Below are positions 1 to 9,537 of a stretch of 64,000 bases of DNA, one piece after another; the first letter of the stretch is position 1, and each line of letters begins with the position of its first letter. The DNA lies in contig NW_026861540.1 in the NCBI RefSeq assembly GCF_026571515.1, positions 186,001 through 250,000 of the forward strand. The letters are read 5' to 3'. The notes under the pieces were generated by a model, which saw only the letters and a program-made list of their open reading frames with translations, made no database searches and was not told the origin of the DNA. The DNA comes from Ruditapes philippinarum (Eukaryota). A program made the translations under genes and the position numbers.

Positions 1-182
1 CGAAAGTACGATGGTGAAAAGTCGAAATAACGATCCAAGGTGGTGGAAACTCAATACAATTAACGTTACGATTTTTTACCATAGTGGTATCGTTATTTCG
101 ACTTTTCACCATCATACTTTCGACATTCATTATTTTATCTTCGATTTTTCACCATGGTATTTTCATGTTTTCGTTGTTTCGA

Positions 183-213
<31 letters not shown>

Positions 214-248
214 TGTGTGTGTCGCGATGACCGTAACGCGGGACACCG
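1..248. mobile_element. Right part of a foldback-type non-autonomous DNA element (ends ...GACACCG|TA) in intron 1 of Kazal gene 1; includes a (GT)n tract at 183-222
   Basis: Internal inverted motifs (ATGGTGAAAAGTCGAAATAACG versus CGTTATTTCGACTTTTCACCAT). The last ~90 bp recur at 5972-6058 with a shorter GT tract. The CG|TA end resembles the intact element at 22436-22889. Confidence 0.55.
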
Positions 249-318
249 TAGAAAGGGCTAAAAACACACTAAATATAATTAGATAATAGCAATGATTGAC
301 TTGTAATATTGTTTCTAG

Positions 319-1514
319 GATGTTTTGGGGCAACATTTTACCGTTGTTTCTGGATCAACTCCCCGACTGTTATTTGTGACAACTTCTCCCCAGACCCAAC
401 ATGTGGAACAAATCTAGTTACATACAAGAACAAGTGAGTACTTATTTATTTTGAAATTGAAGTCCCTTTAACTTTGATTATACTGTTGCCAATTCTAAGA
501 AATCGTAAGATTTTCGCGGGAACTTTTGATGCCGTATCATACTTATCTTACAAAGAATGAGCAATGTGAAGAAGATTTTATGGTTTTGAGTTGCTAATAA
601 TGGATACTTCTGGGATTTAATATTTTGCATGCATTGTTTTTGTTTCAGATGTGAATTCAGTAGAGCACATTGTGCCGACAAATCTATTGATCTTAAACAT
701 AACGGAGCCTGTACCGCCGCCGACGGCACAACACCGGCACCCGTCAATGCCGCCGGTTCTGACGTTGTCTTCGACTTCCTGTGTACAAGTTTAAGCCATA
801 TGGATTGTCCTGCCGATGACGATAAAGTCTGTGCCGATGACGGATACACTTACCGAAACTAGTAAATATTTGCATAATATATCCGTTTGCTACGGTGGCG
901 AAAAGGTGACATGTGTGTGCTTTTATTTATCTCGTGCGTATGATCGAGATACTATGTCGTGGACACGAGTTACTATGTCGTGCGCACGAGATAATTAAGT
1001 GATGCGCACGAGATAATATGACATGGCCACGAGTTACTAAGTCGTGCGCACGAGATAATTACACCTTTGGGAGACATTGTATGCTATTTTCAAGAAAATA
1101 TATATGTCTTGGTTAACGAAGAAAAGCAACGAAAATAAGTTTTTTTAAAAATAAAAATACGCTAAAATAACTGTGGGTTTCTTATCGTCAAAATACAAAA
1201 AGGACAACCTGAATTTATTCAGTTTCCATGATAGCAACCGCAGCTCTTGTTGTAACCAGACACCGCCCAACATTTTTCTTCGCATCATTGTTAAATTTTC
1301 TAGATAATTATATGGTTTTACGTCTTATTCTTTGTTTTTAGGTTACTTACGAATAATAACTCTTTCTGGTTCTCTTTCTTGAAAGAAAAAAATGCCTTTA
1401 AGAATTTTTACTCATAAATAAGTAATGACTGTTTTTTGTTCTTTTTCCAGTTGCGAGTTTGAGAAACAGAAGTGTACTCACCGAGACCTTCAACTTGTTG
1501 CCTGTACCGTCTGA
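319..1514 (+). CDS. Double Kazal-domain serine protease inhibitor-like gene, copy 1 (partial; exon 1 lies upstream of the window). Exons 319-433, 649-861, 1451-1514
   Basis: GT-AG introns with compatible phases give ...GCFGATFYRCFWINSPTVICDNFSPDPTCGTNLVTYKNKCEFSRAHCADKSIDLKHNGACTAADGTTPAPVNAAGSDVVFDFLCTSLSHMDCPADDDKVCADDGYTYRNYCEFEKQKCTHRDLQLVACTV*. There are two 6-Cys units with the Kazal C-x3-(G/L)-x-TY-x-N-x-C-x6-C core. AATAAA at 1601-1606. Confidence 0.9.
893..1062. mobile_element. Truncated foldback/MITE insertion with CGTGCGCACGAGATAA subrepeats in intron 3 of Kazal copy 1
   Basis: Starts TA|CGGTGGCG and has tandem GCACGAG(A/T)TA repeats. It is absent at the homologous position of copy 2 (~7212-7220). 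Confidence 0.55.
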
Positions 1515-1984
1515 TAGTCTCACGTGACCTAACCACGTGATGTCTTTGTTGTTTCAATTCTGTTTTTATTTTGCACTGCTTTTCATATATGAAAATTTCT
1601 AATAAATTAAAAAAATGTATGTTTGTGCATATTTTCTTTTTTCCAAATAAAAGGAAGTATAGAAAAATTGAGTTAAATTATGCAGTTTTTGTGTTTGCTA
1701 TGAGTGTCTTTTTTAGCAGCATACATAGGTCCTAAAAGTCATTTTCTTGTTGCAAATGAAATTCACTGTAGGGTCAATGTTGCAACATATCAACCTAGTG
1801 TAACACCGGTTAGCCAAAACGAACATGCTCCAAATTTACGCTCATAACGCACATGCTCCAATAAAATATGGCGGATTTGAACAAAATACATGCTTTATAT
1901 ACTTGTAATGAATGTTTTAATTGGAGTTATAGTTAGTCTTACGGAAAGTTGTATACTTTCAAGTATACTAAGTACAATATATAT

Positions 1985-2135
1985 ACAGTATAGTGTCAAA
2001 ATCAGACTGAACATCCGCGCAGTCTGACCAGGCTCTTTACTGTTTGCTGACTTACTTTTTAAATGTCTATCTTGACAACGGACAATTCGAAATATGGAAT
2101 CTTGAAAAAATTCACAAAGTCAGCAGGTTGAGGCT
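1985..2135. mobile_element. Fragment of a dispersed MITE family
   Basis: ATCAGACTG...GCAGTCTGACC and CAGCAGGTTGAGG motifs are shared with segments at ~28080-28270, ~41820-41950 and 58014-58300. Confidence 0.4.
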
Positions 2136-3565
2136 TAGGCTTGCAAAATATGTATTGTCTTACCAGTCTCAAACATTGTCGGCTGCTCAAGTTTAATCTG
2201 TTTTTTCTTGCAGCCCAGTACATTTAAATACTTTCCGTTCCTTTTACAAGTAGGACAATAAAAGCATTGATGCAAAGCATCAAAGGGCGTCCAAGCAAGA
2301 AATGCAGCAAGTGATGTTGAACTAGTAGACATCTGATGACCAGATATCTTCATATAAACTTTCCAATGGTTAATTAGATTTTACCAGAATTGTATATCAT
2401 ACTTTTTCATAGATGAATGGGCGGAGAAAGACATTGTTCATCATGAACTTTGGTAGGCTTGCTAGAGATTAGAATATTAAATGTATTTTCTTTGAAACAT
2501 ACAAAACAGTACTCAAAATGAACAAAGTCTGGTTTTTATTATAAATGTAACAAATATACAAACAGTATATGAAATAGTATCAAAGGGACTAATTTCATTT
2601 TTATGTCAAATAAAAAAATGGTTTCTATTAATCCCAGGGACTTAAGATACAGTAGTTATAATTTAAGTCCCAGATATAAATACTAAAAGCAGAACACACA
2701 CTGGTATGAAAAAAAAATGGGATGAATTTCAAAGTGACCAAAAGCAGGGTTTATTTGTTGTTGTCATACGTGTTAACAAAAATAATGGTATATTCAAAAA
2801 ATCATGATTAAATTTGCATGTAATTTATGGTCAAACAGTATTTATCAATACAATTGAACACCTGAATTTTAGGCAGGTATGAGGAAATTCACTAACATCA
2901 TGTTCATGCGAGTCAATGATATAAAAGCTACCTGACATTGGTGATAAATACAGAGCTATTGATTAATTGATTTATTGGGAGATCAATCTACCATTTGGTT
3001 GAATTGCTTCAAAAACCTCGTCTGACCCACCTACTATCAATAAACCCATAACACCTCATGTTAAAACTACAGACGAACGTTTCTGTTGTTAAATGTCACA
3101 GTGTTCAGCAAAACAACTTTCTACTCATACCACCATTCAATCCATGCCTTGAAACAAAATAAAATCGGTAAAAAACGGTAAATTTGTCAGAAGTGCAATC
3201 AGGGCCGTAAAAAAAGAAAGAAGCAATTAATTTACCGAAAAGAACCTACGGAAAAGACAATTTCAGAATGATAAAATTATGTTATAACAATTCGTAAAAA
3301 ATGGCCGACATTAATACTTGAGATAATTTTTTAGATAAATTTATAAAATAGTTCAATTTATTGTTGGAAATGTTTACAAGTCAGGTATAGAAATTTAATG
3401 CGTAAAAATTTTGATTGAAATTTTAATTTCAATTTATATATTGCTTCCCTTAAATAAATGAATTCTGTTTTTAAAGTTCACGAGATGAAATATAATCACA
3501 TCTCACACAACAAACAAACAATTTTTTTTTATTTTATGCTTAAAAACAAGTTTCCATAATATTAA

Positions 3566-4174
3566 CCCATTACTTCATGAGCATTTTGTGAAAAATGGCG
3601 GTTTCCAGTGAAAAGTCTCTCGTTACAAGTTCAAATTGCTATAAAACTATAAAAACTGCTTCAATACTAATCAAACTTGGCACAAATGTTATCTGGACAA
3701 TTGCATTTGTAACAACATACTCAGGCTTAAATTTCCTGTTACCATGGCAACGAGGGGACATCTCAAAATTGCCAAAAATCATTATTTTGCATTGATTTTT
3801 TCCATCAAAATTGATTTCAAAGTGCTGCAACTTCTCAATGGATTGAGAAAGAGTCAGATGCTTTTCAGCGTTGGTTACACGTTACATTTTGATCGATCTG
3901 GGGTCATTTTTAGCCTCTCACAAGTCCAAAATTTTCTTGGCGATGAGGGGGGCTCGTCCCCCCTTCACAACCCCCAAACAGAAGGGGGCACACCCCCCTT
4001 CTGACTACCCCCTTATGAATCTTCTGGTTTGGGGGCCGCGCCGAAAACGTCGTCACTTTTTTACACGAAAACATGTGTTGGGGGCCCAAACAGAACATTG
4101 TTTCAATATTAGAGGCTTAAAAGAGGGGGGGGGGGTCGAAAATGCGTTGGTTCGCGTATATATGAGGTAAAGGG
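3566..4174. mobile_element. piggyBac-type MITE, 609 bp, TTAA target site duplication
   Basis: TTAA(3562-65)|CCCATTACTTCAT ... ATGAGGTAAAGGG|TTAA(4175-78). The 13-bp TIR has 2 mismatches; CCC/GGG termini; no transposase ORF. Confidence 0.8.
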
Positions 4175-5368
4175 TTAACAAAAAATGATGAAAATACCTG
4201 AAATTACCCAAAGTCGCGTTTTTCCATATCAAAACTTGACATAACATATAAATTTGAAGAAACATTGTTGTTTTGTAAAAAAAATTATTTTTTTATTAAC
4301 GTTTATATTAAAATCTGTTTTCCCCATTGAGAGTGTTGAGCTGAAAAATTAGTTCGACAATCAACGTTAAATGACGGTGATATTATTCATTTTATTAAAA
4401 AAATATGAATGATCGCTTGTTTAAATAATAAAAACAAACAATTCTTGTAGGAGATAAAGTCCAACCATCCATCCATATTTCCGTTACTTATTGCGAATTT
4501 ATATTAGACCTGGCTTTGTTAAATGTAAGCGGCAGCCATTTTTTTAAGTTGTGTATTTCACGGGAGGAAAATAATTGTGTTTGATTCAGAGGGATATTAT
4601 TTGGATTTGTTAGTCATACACCTTTTTAAAAGAAAGAAAACTTATTTGAGGATTGTAACAGACAAAAAATAAGTGTTGACAAATCATTCAAAAAGCAGCA
4701 AGGAAAATGGAAAACTTCAAAGGCTGGCTCAGGAACGCTGGGTTGTTTACTTGTTGGCTGTCTTTTCATAAAGAATACGGCAGTTATTGCTCGTAGGATA
4801 CTTTAATATGCCTAAATGTCATCAAGAGCAGTTTTGAATGTATTTTTCAGACTGTAAAATTGAAACAAAAAAATTTAGAGACGAAATTTGGTGATTGGAA
4901 TTTGAATAAATAGAACTGTCAAATTATCAAATATAATCTTCACGGATAAATCAGTTATGCACTGAAAAGCATAAAATAAAAAGCATATAACGGGCGTATA
5001 ACAGATAAGGACCATCAAAGACAAATCGCCCACCCATGCGATAACTGCCTATATCGACAGCAATTTCATTTCGGTTGGGTTACTAGTATTTCGGACGACT
5101 GTTATACAATGTTTTATCAAGCAAAGACACACTGGAGAGATACTTTGCATGCGTGACCCTAATTTATGTCACATTTAACTGGCTGAAAATAATTTTATGA
5201 AATGAGAAAACGAGTCCAAAGTGACCTTATATATATAGTATTCACCTTCAATGGACTGTAAGTCCACATCTAAATTTATATTGACCTTTCCTTAACTTTC
5301 TTTACATAATTCTTGTATAACAATTAAGCTGTAAATGTTGAAAAACGTGTGTAAATTTTAAAAATGCC

Positions 5369-5403
5369 TATAAGTAGTGGTTTCATTGGTTAGAACGTCA
5401 CAT
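5369..5403 (+). promoter_or_regulatory. TATA box and initiator-like site of Kazal copy 2
   Basis: TATAAGTA at 5369, TCACATT ~30 bp downstream, ATG at 5425. Confidence 0.55.
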
Positions 5404-5424
5404 TTTAGCTGTTGGATTACAACA

Positions 5425-7678
5425 ATGAAGGTTCTAGCAATACTGGTCGGACTCGTGTGCTGTTCCGGTAAGTGTTACATTTGCAATGCCCTGATTCAAG
5501 TCATTTAAGGCACATCAAACCTAGGATATTAAAGGCCCAATATGCCCTAATATACTTTTATTTTTATTGCTTAAAAACGATTTATTCTTGGTTTCTTGTT
5601 ATTGTTTCCCAAAATGTTACTTATAAGCAATTTACCTGAACCATTTTCTGCCTCTGTTTCTTTTTGAGAATTAGTACAGATATAGCTATTTAGTACTTTG
5701 TATGAAAGTTGAAATACTAAGCTGTTTACATTTTGCTATCTTTATGACAAAAAAAATATTAATCGCACATAACATGTAAATTATTACTTGAATATTGGAG
5801 CATTTTACTTTTCTAAACAGCTTAGGAACATTTTTTCCCAAAATTAATTTTCTTCAAATATTACGGCTCATATATTGTGTATTTTCAACAGTTTCCTGGA
5901 AAAACTATCCCCTTTTTCGTGTAAAAACACTGAGTATCTTATAAGTATTGATTGAGAAGAAATAGAGTAATCTTATCTTCGATTTTTCACCATGGAATTT
6001 TCATGTTTTCGTTGTTTCGAGTGTGTGTGTGTCGCGATGGCCCTAACAGGACACCGTAGAAAGGGCTAACAAAACACACTAAACGTTGAGGGATATAAGC
6101 AATTATAGTAAACTTATAATCTCGTTTCTAGGATGTTTTGGGGCAACATTTTACCGCTGTCGCTGGATCACCTCCCCCACTGTTAACTGCGACGACTTCT
6201 CCCCAGACCCTACATGCGGAACAAATCTAGTTACATACAAGAACAAGTGAGTGTTGTTCAGGCTGTTGGTAGCTTTTTGTTCATGTATTTTGAAATCGAA
6301 ATCCTTTAAACTTCGAATGTACAGTTTCAGATTTTAAGCTGGTGAAATCTATTATACAAATTCAGCAGGTAAAATGTTTGTATCGCACTTTCGCATCGCT
6401 AATTTTAAGGTACTCACAATAATGATGGATTTTCTTACCATAATTTAGCTCTAACGTCAGCTCTTACGTTGCGTAATCGTTACGTCAATATTTCGAGACA
6501 ATGATGGTTGGAGCGGAACTCCGTAGCTAATACAAGTGTATAAGTGCCAGAATAATTATTAGTAAACGTCGATTACACAATCATAGCATATATAGTAATG
6601 CTTTTTGTTTGTTTGCTTGTTTTTATCGACAAACTATGCAACATATCTGTCGAAGAAGCATCAACTGTAACAACTAAGCAAAGTTCTTAGTATTGGGAGT
6701 ATTTTTACAGAAAAAAAACTCGCACGATCACATTAGATTTGGTCGGTTGGTTACATTCATTAACAGTGAAAATAATTGTTACTGTATTGTTAACGTAAGG
6801 TTTTCGCGGGAACTTTTGATGCCGTATTTCATTTCTTTTCATACTGATCTTACAAAGAATAACCAATTTGAAGAAGTTTTTTAATGGGTTCGAGGTGCTG
6901 CTAATGGAAACTTCTGGAAAATAATTTCTCGAAAGAAATTTATATAAATATTATACATGCATTGTTTCTGTTTCAGATGTGAATTCAGTAAAGCACATTG
7001 TGCCGACAAATCTATTGATCTTAAACATTACGGAGCCTGTACCGCCGCAGACGGCACAACACCGGCTCCTGTCAATGCCGCCGGTTCTGACGTTGTTTTC
7101 GACTTCCTGTGTACAAGTTTAAGCCATATGGATTGTCCAGCAGATGAGGATAAAGTCTGTGCCGATGACGGATACACGTACCAAAACTAGTAAATATTTG
7201 CATAATATATTTTTTTTATCTTTGGGTGACATTATTAGCTTCTTTAAGGAAAATGTATATATCTTGGTTAACGAATCACGCTTAGAAACGAAATTAAGAC
7301 AATATAAATAAAAGTCTGCAAAAATTATCGTGGAATTTTTCCGTCAAAAGACTAAAAGGGATAACCTGACGTTATTCATTTGCCAGGATAGCACCCGCAA
7401 CTTTTGTTCCAACCAGACACCGCCCAACATTTTTGTTCGCATCATTGTTAAACTTTCTAGATAGTGTAATTATATGGTTTTACGTCTTATTCTTTGTTTT
7501 GAGGTTACTTACGAATAATACCTCTTTCTGGTTCCCTTACTTAAAAGAAAAAAAAATGGCTTTAAGAATGTTCACTCATAAATAAGTTAAGACTGTTTTT
7601 TGTTCTTTTTCCAGTTGCGAGTTTGAGAAACAGAAGTGTACCCACCGTGACCTTCAACTTGTTGCCTGCACCGTCTGA
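5425..7678 (+). CDS. Double Kazal-domain inhibitor-like gene, copy 2 (complete, 144 aa). Exons 5425-5467, 6132-6246, 6977-7189, 7615-7678
   Basis: Signal-peptide exon MKVLAILVGLVCCSG. The 435-nt spliced ORF reads ...FYRCRWITSPTVNCDDFSPDPTCGTNLVTYKNKCEFSKAHC...CPADEDKVCADDGYTYQNYCEFEKQKCTHRDLQLVACTV*. Intron phases 1,2,2; AATAAA at 7767-7772. Confidence 0.92.
5533..5960. mobile_element. Kolobok-like MITE (TTAA|AGGCCC...), right end lost
   Basis: Shares its left terminus and the TTAGTACAGATATAG...AAATACTA core with copies at 33444, 40450 and 49775. Confidence 0.55.
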
Positions 7679-9462
7679 TCATCTCACGTGACCTAACCAC
7701 GTGATGTCATTATTGTTTTTCAATTCTGTTTTTATTTTGCATTACTTTTCATATGTGCAAATTTCTAATAAATTAAAACCAAACGTTTGTGTTTATTTTC
7801 TTTTTTCTTTCTTCCTGTTTAAAGGAAGTATCCAAATAATGGTTAAATTGTGTAGATTTTTGTTTCTATGAGTTTCTTTTTAAAAAACACATATAGGTCT
7901 CAAAAGTCATTTTCTTGTTGCAAATTAAATTCACTTTTATAATTTTTACAAAATTTTTCTCTTTAGATGAATCGATGGTAAAGTAGTGTACAATGAAAAT
8001 AAAAAATCTAAGTAATTTAACAAGAGAAACCAGATGAAACATTCCGTATGCATCTATATGAGCACGACTTTAATTCAAGTAAAACCGTAACGAGATCACT
8101 TAGTAATTAAAAACAAAACATTCTCAAATGTAATATTTGGTTGGAAAGTTCATATAACAGCCTTATAATTGACCGTTGTCCTAAATCGAGGTTTAAATAA
8201 TTTCAAACGAATTATATTGTTGTTTTGATTCCTGGTGTTGCTTTAAGTTTGTAACACCCGAAGTTAGCCCAAAACCAACTGTTTCGGTGCCATAGGACCT
8301 AAATTGTGTTAGCTCGCCGTAAAACCAAACTAAATTAGCCAACAAAACAAACTTTCCTATATAGGTCTGCAATGATGATATTCTCTATCTGATAACAGGA
8401 ATTTTAAGATAAGGTCATAGATCTCATGGCTCGTTCACACAGTCTTTCATAACGTCATTACGAATCTCTTTCTATGCTTCCTGAGGGATATGGGACATGA
8501 TAATGAGCACATTTTAAGGTCAGATTGACCGAAATCACAACCGAAAATATTTCAGAAACTTTTACACAATTAGTATGCCTGTCTCTAAGCATGATTAAAG
8601 TGAATTGGTCTGTATTGTAAGGTTTGTAGTACTAATGAATAATAACGCTGAAAGTATTTAACAACAAATCACGCAGGAATTATACATGAAACTTATTTGC
8701 AAGTGTGAGATACATGATCCGATATAGCAAATAATAAAATGGTAATAAAATATTCTAGAACAAAATATTACGTTTGATTATATACATTGTACCTGTTCAT
8801 TATAAGTCACTTAGAAATATATCACTTTTCTTCCAAACAACTTTTTGTAAGAATATCCAAATGGTACATTTCTATTGTTTTTATCAATATTTGAAAAGTT
8901 TGGAGAATTTGTCTATTGTAGACCTATCCGCTTAAAAAAACAACAACAAAAAAACAACAACAAAAAACAAAAACAAAACAGCAAAATTAAAATATTGCCT
9001 TTTCGTTTTAATTGAGCCCATGTTCATAAATGCAAGCTTCCTTCTAAGCACCCTAGCACCGGCTTTAGCAGAACTCGACATTTATACAATTTACATGTAC
9101 ATGGTGAAATTTTGAATTTAGTACAAGCTGCAAATTTAGACATATCCGTCTGTGATGGTCAGCTAGTAACGATGGAACCTTCAATGTTACACTTTTTTTT
9201 ATTTTTTCATGAAAAGAGGCATATGTTCGTTTGAGTCAAATAATGCGCAGAGATAATTAAAATGGAATTTTGACAAGATATAAGAAGTCGCAAAACCATT
9301 TTTATATCAGACCGCAGCCAGAAGACAAATTAAAAAAAAACTAGTACAGAAAAGCTCTGAGCGTAAGTGGAAAAAAATCCCGGTTTCATAAAATGTGTCC
9401 GCGTGAACAGTCCTTTTATTTTATTTATCAAAAATACGGTCACAAACGTGATTTATTTTTTT

Positions 9463-9470
9463 TGACGTCA
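9463..9470 (+). promoter_or_regulatory. Palindromic CRE/ATF site upstream of Kazal copy 3
   Basis: Perfect TGACGTCA ending 67 bp before the ATG at 9538. Motif only; function untested. Confidence 0.35.
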
Positions 9471-9537
9471 CTGAAAAGGCCAAAAAGTGGTTCAGATAAA
9501 TAACAATTTGTCTGCTATAGCAAAAGTAAATACGATA

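Noticed and set aside
860-862. In-frame stop codons at the exon 2 and exon 3 donors of all Kazal genes, as a regulated truncation mechanism
   Set aside because: Largely an automatic result of phase-2 introns beginning GT(A/G)A; no added evidence.
2135-2353. 72-aa minus-strand ORF with a CxxCxxC pattern
   Set aside because: Short, with no convincing splice partners or recognisable domain.
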